From: Takakia lepidozioides
Taxonomy: Eukaryota > Plantae > Bryophyta
DNA length: 64,000 bases
Direction of reading: 5' to 3'
NCBI GenBank assembly: GCA_030704615.1
Contig: CM060732.1
Coordinates: 67,332,001-67,396,000, forward strand
How positions within the stretch are numbered: the first letter of the stretch is position 1; the number at the start of each line of letters is the position of its first letter. Shown piece by piece: positions 39,511 through 51,200 of the stretch. The position numbers were made by a program, and so were the translations under genes. The notes beneath the pieces were generated by a model, which saw only the letters and a list, made by a program, of their open reading frames with translations, was not told where the DNA came from and searched no databases.

Positions 39511-40560
39511 TTTTCGTTTGAAAATCGGCCACATAGGGCATGTAACTGAGGATCAATGAACACTTACCTAGCAGCTCAAACAGTGTGCGTTGGCGCACAC
39601 TGTTTGAGCCCAACTTCTCATTATTTTTTCATCTGAGGAAGACCACAAACAGCATGTATTTGAGGATCAATCATCACATACCTGGCAGCTCAAACAGTGT
39701 GTGTCAACGCACACTGTTTGAGCTCACCTTGTCATTGCCTTTGTCATCTGAAATCGGCCACATAGGGCATGTATTTGAGGATCAATCATCACTTACCTGG
39801 CAGCTCAAACAGTGTGCGTCAACGCACACTGTTTGAGCTCATCTTCTCATTATTTTGTCATCTGAAAAAAGGCCACAAAGGGCATGTATTTGATGATCAA
39901 TCATCACTTACCTGGCAGCTCAAACAGTGTGCGTCAACGCACACTGTTTGAGCTCACCTTGTCATTGCCTTTCTCATCTGAAAATCGGCCACATAAGGTA
40001 TGTATTTGAGGATCAATCATCACTTACCTGGCAGCTCAAACAGTGTGCGTCAATGCACACTGTTTGAGCTCACCTTGTCATTGTTTTTTTCCTGCGATAT
40101 TCGGCAACACAGGGTACGTCTGTGAGGATCAAGGAACACTTACCTGGTAGCTCAAACAGTGCGTCAACGCACACTGTTTGAACTCACCTTTTCTTTGTTT
40201 TTTTCATCTGAAAATCAGCCACTAAGGGCATGTCTTTGAGGTTCAATGAACACTTACCTGGCAGCTCAAACAGTGTGCGTGAACGCACACTGTTTGAGCC
40301 CACCTTGTCATTGTTTTTTTCTTGTGAAATTCGGCATCATGGGGCATGTCTTTGAGGTTTAATGCACACTTACCAGGCAGCTCAAACAGTGTGCGTCAAC
40401 GCACACTGTTTGAGCCCACCTTGTCATTGTTTTTTTCATTTGAATAGGGCCAAATATCATGTTCAAAACACTTGAATTTTGGAAGCTGAAACATTGTGCG
40501 GCAACGCACGGTGTTTTCGGCCCCCACAATGCTTGTTTTCTGGTGAGAAATTCGGCCACA
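39505..40560. repeat. Tandem array, ~115-bp unit x 8 plus one degenerate, each unit with a 38-bp palindrome
   Basis: Units start (cacttacc) at 39561, 39675, 39790, 39905, 40021, 40137, 40251 and 40367; core AGCTCAAACAGTGTGCGT-CA-ACGCACACTGTTTGAGCT. Confidence 0.95.
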
Positions 40561-40643
40561 CAGGGCCTGTCTGCCATGCTCAAACACCATCGTTTCATGC
40601 CTCTCTCTTATATCAATTTGAATGAACAACCCTGAAGGAGAAG

Positions 40644-42360
40644 ATGCAAAGTGTGGCGGAGAAGATCCCTTCGGGGCAGGGGAAGGAGATCATTGTTGAT
40701 GTTGACGATGAGTTCTATGAAAGCAAAGCCGCTGAGATGCTGGGGGGTCATAAGGTAAACTCTCAGCTTGTGGTGCAAAGTATGCTTGCCCCGGGTGGGA
40801 GGTTGAAGATTCCCCTGTGTAGGTTGGTTTCCATGCCCGTCGTTCGTCCACCCCTCATCAAGGACATTCTCAAGCTGGAGGCCGAGTTTGTTCATGGGTA
40901 TTTGGATGGATCCGCAGTCTTTTACGTTCTACAAAGGATTCCAGAGGCAATGAGCTCCTTGTGGATGAGTCAATTGTGGACTCTTGGGGTCCCATTTGGA
41001 GACAGGTAAACGAATCCTTCGAACTTCTTCTCTCCAGGAAACCTTCCACCCGGGCATTCTCAGGGAAGATGTTTCACGTTTGGGATGGCAACCACCGGTT
41101 GCTTGCATGGATGGCTGTCATTGGGAGGCTGCACTCACAAGAGGAAGAGTGGCATTACTCTGTTTGATCGATGGTGCTGGATTGTGACGGGAACATGATG
41201 GGTCTTCTGACGGCAATGAATGATGTGAACAGGTTGGTTTCTCATTCTACATGTTCCACTTGTGGTTCCGTGGTTCTTTGATTCAAGTCCTTGAATTTCA
41301 TTCTGACTTTCAGATATCATTCTGCAGAGGGACGGAGACATCGTATGTCAAAACGAGTCTGGTTCACACACTGTATAGGATACAAAGGATCGGGCAGATG
41401 CCCTTGACCAACTTCAAGACCATCCTTTCAGCAGAGACGTACAAGAAGTGCGAAAGCTCCAAGACATCGGAAACGTGGTACTCGTTGACCCGTGAGGCTT
41501 TCATGGAGTACATGTACACGGTGAGATACAACTTCCTTCATCTGGCCTTTCCATATTCCTGCTTCCACATGTTTGTTTCTGTTTGTTTCCCTTGACCTTG
41601 GGTTGATGCAACTCTCGTGCATTCCCTTGCAGCAAGACATTGCAGATGCAGGGGAGCGTGGCAAACTGGAATACTACAGCTCAACCCCTAAGGAGAGAAG
41701 GACAGCAAAGGGGGTTGAGAGTCACATCCACAAAGAGATGACCGCTACAAGAAGGACTATCATGAGTGCTTTTGTGAAGCAGTTGAGAATTACCGACCCG
41801 TCATTCGGATCGCAGTTTCTCCTGGAGATAAAAAACCATTATAACAAGCTAGGCGAGCCAGAGATGGCCCAGGAGAAGTTGCACATGTTATCTACTGCCG
41901 TTGTGTCTTCAGAACAGAAGGTGAAGTGGCTACAGATATGGAACTCTGATCCCACAGTTAGGGATACCCACATGTTCCCCAGGCCGGAGAAAGAGAAGAA
42001 GACCCAGCGTGTCATTCCTGTCAGTGACAATGTGCTGGACACATGGCTTCACAAGGCCACTTACTGGAGCCAGGTGTGATGTCATTTCCTGTGTCACTTT
42101 CTTTTCTCTTTTCCTGTCCTTCTCTTTCCATTGCCTCTTACATTCGCTGTGATTGTTTTTGGGTTCATTCTTGCATTTGAATTGTTTTGCACTTGGAAGA
42201 AAGGGCCCGGTCGGTTCTGCATACTCAGCTGGCTGACTATGGCATCACTATGACAGCACCGAAGGTCTCATTCGAAGCATACATGAGGAAATGGAGAGCC
42301 ACAGTGTGGCACTCTTGTTTCTTTAGAGAGTTCAGCAAGGAGGGTGGCATCAGTCCCTCT
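40644..42360 (+). pseudogene. ParB/Sulfiredoxin-like domain gene, copy A (3 introns, frameshift and stop)
   Basis: IPLCRLVSMPVVRPP...FHVWDGNHRLLAW (WDGNHR at 41081-41098), a ParB/Srx-type DGxHR signature; later exons TSLVHTLYRIQRIG and WLHKATYWSQ. Confidence 0.65.
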
Positions 42361-42989
42361 GGTACTCTTCGTCGTTCAAAGGTGCCAGCATCTCTGCATG
42401 GTTGTTCATATACTTCATATGCTGCTCTTGAAATGTCTTGTGCTCTGGAGGGCAGTCGAGGTATCATCCACAGTCCCTGAAGTGGGCAGGACTCCAGTCC
42501 CTCAAGATACCAGCTGTGTACATGGTGGGATCGTTGGCAGGGTCGGACCACATGTCCAGGTAATCTGGGATTCCACTTAGGTGTTTTCCTTCCATCAGCA
42601 CATATTTAGTGTACCTGCGGAGGCTCAAACAAACACCATCCCCCAAAACAAGATATCAAAAAGCAGAAGAAAGTGATGATCGGTGGCGATCATCACTTTC
42701 ACATGAGAGAGAATGCAACATGGGTTGGCAAATCCTTATGATTATGTAGACTGCACAACTGGGAAATGTGAGACTGCCTATGATAATAGAGGCATGATTA
42801 AGAATGGAAACATGGACATGATCTGCAGTGACAACTGTTTGACTGGAGAATATCAGAGTAGTGGAAGTGATTATCGGTACCGACTATCACCAAACTGCTG
42901 TGTAGCAGGAAAGAAATATTAAGCTTTTTTCAATGAGGCATGACAAAAGTTCAAAGAATGTGATGGATAGGCTTAAGGCACTGCACCTG

Positions 42990-44755
42990 TACACAACACG
43001 CATCATCGCCCACTCCCCTCCAACTTGACTGTCGAAATTGTTTGACCTCAATACGTTGCCATCCTTGGAGAACTCGCGGAAGAAACAGTACCGTCACGTG
43101 AGACCTTTCCACTTTCTAATGTACGCCTCCAAGGTCATCTGTGGTGGTGAGACCATCGAAATATTCAAGTCCTTCAAATTCTGCTCCAGGACAAGAATGA
43201 CGCGTTTCTCCAGCTGCAATGGGAACATGTATCAGAATTGCGCATGACAAAGCTATAGGATATTTCATATACAATAGGTACTTGAATCCACAAATACCTG
43301 ATTCCAAAATGTGGCCTTGTGAAGCCACTGATAAAAAACAATGTCACTTATTCCCTCGACCTTGGTGCCAGGCTGGATTGTGCTTTTTGGGAACTGATTC
43401 AGATCCTTAACCGTCTGATCCGAGTTCCAAATCTCAAGCCATCTAACTTTTGTCTGGGGGTCAACCATAGAGAGAGCCAGCCTGTGCAATTTATCCTGTT
43501 GCATCTCTAGATGTACATGTTTGTCATAGTGGGATTTGATTTGGAGAAGGAACTCCTCCCCAAGTCCGGGATCCACTATTCTCAATTGCTTCAGGAAGGC
43601 CGACATCAGCTTCGTCCTCCTTATCTCGTACTCCTTCTTTAGGGCTGCTCCAACACCTTTAGCAGTCCTCAGCTCTTCTGCTGTAGTGTGGTAGTACTCA
43701 GATTTCCCCCTCTCGGCGGCCTCTGCCAGTTCTTGCTGCAAGTAACAACGATTGGATTACCACACATACAATTGCAAATTTGTATTGAAGAAGATAGGAA
43801 GAAGTGGGTTGGGCCATACCGCATACATGTACTCCAAAAATGCATCTCAGGTCAACGAGTACCAGGTCCCTGCAGCTCTTCATGTTTCGCACTTCTTGAT
43901 GACATCAGGATGTAGCATTGTGCGGAACTCATCAAGCTTCATCAAACCAATTCTCTGAATGCGGAATAGTGTGTGGACCAAGCTCGTAGTAACATGCAAT
44001 TTCTCTGTCAATCTGCAAACAGAGAATACACATGGCATAGGTAAGAAATATTTAACGTTTGGACTTGAAATGCGCACAACATGCAATTTGAAAGGCAATG
44101 GGTTTTTGAGGAAGTCCTACTTGTTCACGTCATGCATAGCTGTCAGAAGTCTCGTGATGTCGTTCCCAGGATCCAAAACCATTGCCTCCACAACACAATG
44201 CTTGTCCTTGTCTTTTGAATGGTGTTTCGCAATGTACCCCATCCAAGCTAGCAGGCGATGGTTCCCGTCCCAGACATAGAAGATGTGGTTGCAGAACTGC
44301 TGGGTGTTATGTCCAAGCAGCAGAGAGTCCTCGAACTCGTCATTCACATCCATTTTAGCAATCATCCCAGTTGTCCGTAATCTCTGGGCTCACTTTTGTG
44401 TTGTGACCATTAGTATCCTTCAGTGAGACGTAAAAAACTTGTGCACCCATTCTATATCCGTGCACAAAATCTGTTTCCAACTTGGTAATGTCATGCGAAA
44501 GTGGAGGACGAACAACATGCATGGAGATCATCCGACAGAGAGGGATTTCAAGACGTCCTCCAGGACAATCATGTCCCTAATAACCTCCTGGGAATTTACC
44601 TTTTGATATGACATCAGTTCTTTCACCTTGTCAAGGTAGTGTAATTCAGGCTCGTCTGTGTCTTCGCTGTTCTCAGAACTCTTCGTGGAGTCGTCCCCTT
44701 CTCTAGAGCCCTTTGCATCTGTTTTTGCCTGCTTAGACTTTACATTTTTCTGCAT
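42990..44755 (-). pseudogene. ParB/Sulfiredoxin-like domain gene, copy B (diverged paralogue, same intron positions)
   Basis: IPLCRMISMHVVRPP...FYVWDGNHRLLAW (44255-44272), TSLVHTLFRIQRIG, WLHKATFWNQ and YCFFREFSK are all colinear with copy A. Confidence 0.65.
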
Positions 44756-44814
44756 ACCCAAAACCCACAACAACAACATTCAACTGGTGTTCTGGAAACA
44801 GACGTTTTAACACA

Positions 44815-45288
44815 GTGACGATCGGTACCGACCATCACTTTGTCTTCTAACAAATGAATGGAAATTCTAGTTGGTTTCCCAATGCACCTTGACTCAGTTC
44901 TCACTAGACTGCGATGATCGGTGCCGACCATCAGGATGATGCAAGCGATGGTCGGTACCGACCATCACCACAAGACATCACTGGGATGCAAACACCCACG
45001 AGGTCTGAATGTGATGGTCGGCACCGATCATCACTATTAGTCAGAATCCCTTCTTTCACTCACTGCACTTGGTCTCCTCTTTTGGATTCTGGTGCATTGC
45101 CAATCTGTTCAAAAAGTGATGATCGGTACCAATCATCACAATCAGACTGCCTTGAGAAGCACAACCCATGAGTTCTAAATGTGATGGTCGACACCGATCA
45201 TCACTTCACAACAGAATTCCGCATTTCATTGTATGAGATTTAGAGCAAAGAAATGGACTTGGAGGCGATGGTCGCCACCGACCATCGC
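44815..45288. repeat. Array of seven 24-bp palindromes GTGATGRTCGGTACCGAYCATCAC; two more at 42673 and 42867
   Basis: Copies start at 44815, 44911, 44945, 45011, 45116, 45181 and 45265, with irregular, mostly non-repetitive spacers. Confidence 0.9.
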
Positions 45289-45983
45289 TTTTCTGTTACT
45301 GTAATTCCAGATCTGAGTGTCCCTGGAACCGTTCGATTCCCTCTTGCGTGTCCGATACCTGAACGTACGTTACAGTGAAAATAGCGTAACCTAATTGGGA
45401 CAGCTGTTCCTTTGCGCGGTTGTTTTGGGTTGTTGGCGTGTGCAAACAAAATTGACATGTGTCTTTTTTGTGACGGCTTCATTAATATCACCGTTGAACG
45501 TCATGGATGAGAATTCTCAAAGTACTTACCATGAGGCCTACTTAGGATTTCACGGAATATGCGTACGTGGAGAGTTCTGGGCCATTTCATGCATAATCTA
45601 GACAACATCAACATGATCAGACATAGTGAATCTAGTCATGGCCTGACAAATGAACTAATTACTTCAAGGAAGAGGGATCCTCAAGCTGTCTTCAAGGAAG
45701 TCGGCGGGTTTTTATTGTTTTGGGGCGACCCCCACAACTTGATGGATCATCTGCCAGCATTGCTCAGAAGACAATACAGACTGCATGTCACATACGTTAA
45801 TTTGACGGCGGTTTGTCAGGAACCGTCCCCCATTGATTAGATGGAATATCAGAATATGCACAATCTTCAAGGAACGGGTGCTTCCACCTCATTTCATGTG
45901 CAACCAGTGTGGTGCAAAGCTGAATCATCTGATTTCACGAAGGAGGAGGTTAGGAAAGAGAACCGCCCGCTCGGGGACATAAC

Positions 45984-47400
45984 ATGGCTTCCTCCGAAGC
46001 AGAGTTTTATTCTGACGACAAACCAGTGCCTTTCTCCGAAGAAGCGCTTGACAATGGATTTGTAATTGTTCTGGAATATGTCTTGGCTACCCGGTTTGAG
46101 CTTCTGAATGGCTCCATCTTCTTGGAGAAAGAGGTGTACGATTTAGACGGGAAGTTGTTGAAATACTCTTTTCAAAATCGTGATGAGACGGCTCCTGTGA
46201 GCCAGTGGAGAGTGCGCCCTGGTAGATACAGAGTACTTTGGAGAGCCTCGGTGAAAGTCCCTTGGATCATATGTGACGCTCGAGACTGCTGCTTCAGTCG
46301 TTGAAGACAAAAGGGAGGTGGTGGTGAAAAAAGAACAGACGTCCTCCACACCAATCGTTGAGCTTTCGAATTCATCCGATGATGACATTAGTGAAATTCC
46401 AACTCCAGTCCTTTGTACTATAGTTGTGGAAGCGGATGAAGAAGAGATTTGTAGTGTCATTCCAAAACTACGGGCGATGGGAGGAATGGCAGGTTTCAAA
46501 AGTGAGTTGCGGGGAATTGATTGGGAATTTTTGAAGCAGGAGCCTGCGAAGTTCCTGCCAGAGACTTTTGATGGGGATATCCTATTCGAGCTGCCTCCTC
46601 CTCCGCGAGTTGGAGGTATAACAAGCATGATGCACGGAATGGACAAGAAACACGACGGGCACCCATGGTGCAGAACAAAAACATCCAATATTCAAAATGA
46701 GGACAAACTTGTTTTCAGGAGAACAGTTTGCTATGGACACCTTAGGTGTGATAATTTGAATTGCAGACACTTTCTTCAGTCTGGGGTTCATAATCAAAGT
46801 GAGTGGGAGGGTCTCGCGGAAAATCCATTTAAGCCTGGGACTGCTCCTCCACCGGCAACCACTTTCGTTTGCAAATTCTGCAAACTTGTACCATCATATC
46901 TGGCGCTGTGCGGAGCAAGAATGTACTATGTTGTCCACTGTTTGAAAACAATGACAAGAGCTTGTGTGCATTTCGGTTTCCATAACCATCCTGTCTCGAA
47001 GGGGGATACAGGGAGAGTGTTGAGACAGTATCGAGGTTGATTAAACAGGAGTACGAGAGAAACCCATCCGCAACAATATCTGCAATTGCTCTTGGCGCAA
47101 GCAAGTCCTTCGTGGAAAGCCATATTTTGAGTGAAGGGGATTCTGTGGGGACTAAACTTGACGGTGCAACATTGGACGTTGTCATGGATCATTTCTCCAC
47201 GTTGAGTTCACCTAACATTCGGCATCAGATCAATGCATTGAGAATGGGCTCTGGGATTAGATGCTACATAGACAACATTTTGGAATTGAAACGACTGAGC
47301 ATATACGACTACATCCAGGACAATGTTTTTCCAGGTCAAGGTGCCATCAAAGTATTTCTTTTCAAAATGACAGAGAGAGAGGAAGATGAGGTGATGACTT
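45984..47400 (+). mobile_element. N-terminal part of a MULE-like transposase with a GCM/WRKY-type Zn finger; truncated before the DDE core
   Basis: WCRTKTSN...CYGHLRCDNLNC...CKFC...LCGARMYY...HFGFHNHP resembles the GCM-type fold; continues (frameshift) to DNVFPGQGAIKVFLFKM. Confidence 0.6.
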
Positions 47401-47418
47401 GTACCATTTGATGCAGAC

Positions 47419-48583
47419 TTGGGTAAATTATGGTCCTCAGCACTACCGCCGCAACAGGTCTCCGCAGCCGGGCCTTCAACGTCTGAGGTGGAGGGGGGCG
47501 AGGTACGCTCTCCGTTGGAAGAACAGTTGGCCGCACATGAACTGCACATCAAGGACCTGCAGAACATTGTTCATTTGCAACGGTGGCAAATAGCGAAGTT
47601 GCTGAAAAGAATGGGGTTGGGGACTCTCGACAACGTACGTGGTGTGCTTCAGGACCCGAGGCCAATCACCAACGAGCAAGACATATTGGCGCGTTTGGAT
47701 ATGCCACCAATGGACATTGACCGCGTCATCGACGAGGTTGATTCAATCGGGCATGGGAATGAAGTGCAAACGCCTGAACTGGACCCGGCGAGGGTTGAGG
47801 AAAAAAGACTTGCGGCGGAGAGGGCAGAAAAGGGAAGGACCCCATAGTGGAAATTGGGGAATGTTCAGCCGTGCAAATTACATCTGCCCAAGAACAGGAA
47901 TTAGAGCAACTTGTGGAGGAACGCGAGCAAGCTAGGGCTGTTGCATATCGGTACTCAAATGCCATGCAAATCCGATCGTGGCCATGGTTGAAGGGGAATT
48001 GGCAGAATTGGGTGACATGGGCGGGCCATCTAGCATCGCGGAAAACACGGATAGAAGAAGCGCTGTCCTTCCTCCAACGTGCAACACATTTGTCGAATCG
48101 AAGCATAGATAGCTTCTCTGCTAATTTGCAAAAGCATGACACTGTGCGTGATGTATTTACGTCAAAGTACACTAGATTCACCACATGGGGTGATGTGGAT
48201 GCCATGTTTGAGCACTGTGTGCATGCAATTTCCGATACTATTACATGCATAAACTGGGATTTGGAAGTAGAGGAGGAGTGGGACAGCAGGCCGAGGATGT
48301 CATCCGACATTATAGAGGCATATGGGACCCATTCCAAAGGGAGTTTTTTTGCCGGAACTTGGGAGGGCATTGGAGCTATACCAGACAAAGATTCTTCCGA
48401 CTGCTTGAGGATCCGTGGGTGCCAGCGGAAAACGACCCATACAATCGCGAACCGATTGGGAGAGACCTATTTCTGAGGGAGTTGGAGGCCGCTAACATCC
48501 GTTGGGATAATATGAATGAGATGTTTTGGGTGCCTCATCGGGATGAAGGGCCATTTCCTCCAGAGTTGCGCAGAGACCCCTAG
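47419..48583 (+). pseudogene. Frameshifted ~390-aa coiled-coil ORF of unknown family, probably TE-derived
   Basis: Three abutting or overlapping + strand ORFs (47419, 47847, 48245) read as one protein-like sequence across two frameshifts. Confidence 0.4.
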
Positions 48584-48669
48584 CAGGAGGAGGTGTTGGA
48601 CAATTTCAAGGCTGCCATCACGAGTGTTGTAAAGTTGCCACTTCCAAACATATCGGATTTTTATTGAAA

Positions 48670-49372
48670 ATCACTTTGGCTGCATGGTGGACCTTCTTGG
48701 ATGTGCGGGACAACTGGATGAGGCAGTGGACCTGATTAATAAAATGCCAATCAATCCAGATGTTGTGGTGTGGAAGGCCTTGTTTAGTGCCTGCAGAATC
48801 CATGACAATGTAGAGATGGCTCAACGTGCGGCAACATCTATCCTCAAATGGAATGAACAGGATGCCGCGACTTATGTTGCTATCAAACATCTATGCTGCA
48901 GCTGGCAGGTGGGTTGATACTGTAAAAGTGAGAAGAATGATGAAGGTCAGAGGGGTTGAAAAGGAGCCAGGTCGCTGCTGCATTGAGGTTTGCAACGGGT
49001 GCACACCTTCGTTGTAGATGACAAGTTGCATCCCAGAATTAAGGAAATCCATGCTGAGCTGAGAAGATTGTCTGGGAAGATGAAGGAGGCGGGGTATGTG
49101 CCTGACAGGCGCTTTGTATTGCATGATGTGGGGAGGAGGAAAAGGAATTTTCTCTTTGCCACCACAGTGAGAAGTTGGCCATTGGTTTTGGGCTGATCAG
49201 CATGACCCCTAGGACGCCTCTCCGTCTCATCAAGAATCTTCGAGTGTGTGGTGACTGCCACACCTCCACCAAATTCATCTCAAAGATTGTTGGCCGAGCA
49301 ATTGTTGTACGGGACGCTAACCGCTTTCACCACTTTGAAGATGGGATTTGTTCTTGTGGTGATTACTGGTGA
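48670..49372 (+). pseudogene. PLS-class PPR-DYW gene fragment (last PPR, E1, E2, DYW) with three frameshifts
   Basis: [68 protein letters not shown]-stop. Confidence 0.92.
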
Positions 49373-50047
49373 AATGATGTCTTCTTGGAAAGATGCGAGT
49401 GTCTTGCTTCATTCATTGATCTGTGACTTAGATACTCACACCATCCACCATTTCCCGAAAGTATTGACCATGATGTACTGTTGAGTGCATTTCCTGTGCC
49501 ATAAATCCAAAGGAAATGATAGTGGGGTCTACCCGACATAGGTGGGAAGTCAGCCCATAATTGCACTTGACTGAAGGGGTGATTTTTGACTGATTCTGGT
49601 GACAATGGATGGAAATCAGAGTGCTGTCCTAATTCTGGGTTTGGGTGGTGGAGCTTCTCCAAAGCTTCAAGATGGAAGTGAATACGAATTTTAATGAGCT
49701 TGATGAGAGGGGCAACCCTGTGCACAAGTTTGTTCAGCATCTTAAATTTGGACATGTGTTTGTTTCTCGTGGTGTGGCTTTGGATGGAGCCCTTGATGAA
49801 CTTGCATGAATATTGTCAAAAGCTAGCCTTAACCCACCAAGATCCAATCCCATGGTGGATGCTTGAAAGTTCATACAATGAATGTAAGGGTATTTGGGAA
49901 TGTTGTTATTGATTGATGCGGCTTGTGAAAATTGAATGTTGAAATGCAGATCCGCCATTTTTCTTCCAGAAAAAACAAAACACGGGATCTCTGCATTTAC
50001 CACCGTGGGGATGACCCAGCCTTTTTTTTTGTGAAAAATTGAACATA

Positions 50048-50095
50048 GTTCTCAGAATTTGTCGCTAGTAGTGCGGAGCAACGCGAAGCCCTAGT
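50048..50095 (+). mobile_element. Helitron-like 3' terminus
   Basis: Short GC hairpin then CTAG|T. The 29 bp agtagtgcggagcaacgcgaagccctagt is identical to the reverse-strand copy at 60346-60374. Confidence 0.55.
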
Positions 50096-50309
50096 TGGAT
50101 AGTGCACTGAGTGCCACCCAGATGATTCTGGGGTCAAATCCTGCTATCTAGACGGGTGTGGAACTAATAACTTTCATGTTCCCATTAAGTTTCATGGGAA
50201 CAACCCATGATATAAGGTTAAGGGCCCTTTGGCCAACTTGATGTGTTAGTCCCCTACCCTGTGGGGCAGGGCCAATAAAAACCTTTGGTGTTCCAAAATA
50301 TATGTACAC

Positions 50310-51200
50310 GGTCCCTAAAGTGCATTGTCATCAACCAGGCCCCACACACTCCACGCTCTTGCTACAGCAATCACTGGCCCCACCACCCTCCTGCCACCAC
50401 TCCTGTCCTCAAAGCTCCAAAAGTTTCCAGATCGTAGGTTGTTCTAGAATGTTCCAGAGCCCACCCCCCTCGAGTGGACACATGGCCGCATCTTCTCCTC
50501 CACTGTAAACATCCCATTATCCATGGACTTCACATTACTCGACATAATTAAGGAGTTTGACAACTCCATAAACTTCTTCTCACACACCCTAAAACTAGAT
50601 GGTACAACCTCATTAATGCAGGCACATTTCAAGGCAGGCCGCCGGACCACACAATACCTCCATGGCTGCTACCTTGTACATGCCCATGCCTATGTCTGGC
50701 AAGATTATGTCCATATATTCTTCTTGTCCAAGGACTCCCCATTTCGACGGCAACACTAACAGGTCCACTCCCCTCCCTCACTATCCACATCATTGAATTT
50801 GCCTTCTGTCATGATAGAGATCCTGACCAATCCATTATGTTCAAACGTGAAAAATACGAACCCCTAGTTCTAGCCCTCCGTCAATATGGATGGAACAGTG
50901 CCCCTCTGACCATCATCACCGCTGGTGTTAGAGGGGGAGCTCATTGTCACAACAGTCTAATCCTAAAAGAAAACCTGAAACTACCTCAGAAATATACCAC
51001 CCCCCTATTACGAACATTACACCTCACAACCATCACTTCACTAACAGCCATTATCCTCAACAAAAGAAAGATTGAAAGTGGCCAACTTGCCGCTTAGTAA
51101 CTGGTTCTTGTTACTATAGAGCCCACCCCCGAAAGGGGGCAGTACCCACACGGAGAAGAGGCTCTTATTTACGCTAGCTTCGGCTGGCGTCATATATATA
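50310..51200 (+). mobile_element. 3' fragment of an RLE-type (CRE-like) non-LTR retrotransposon
   Basis: IHIIEFAFCHDR...KREKYEPLVLALRQYGW...IITAGVRG restriction-like endonuclease signature; (TA)n tail at ~51194. Confidence 0.7.

Noticed and set aside
39505-40560. CRISPR array
   Set aside because: The 'spacers' are homologous to each other (a true tandem repeat), there are no cas genes, and the context is eukaryotic.
44815-45288. CRISPR-like repeat-spacer array
   Set aside because: Spacer lengths are highly irregular (about 10-80 bp), repeats are degenerate, and there is no leader or cas gene.
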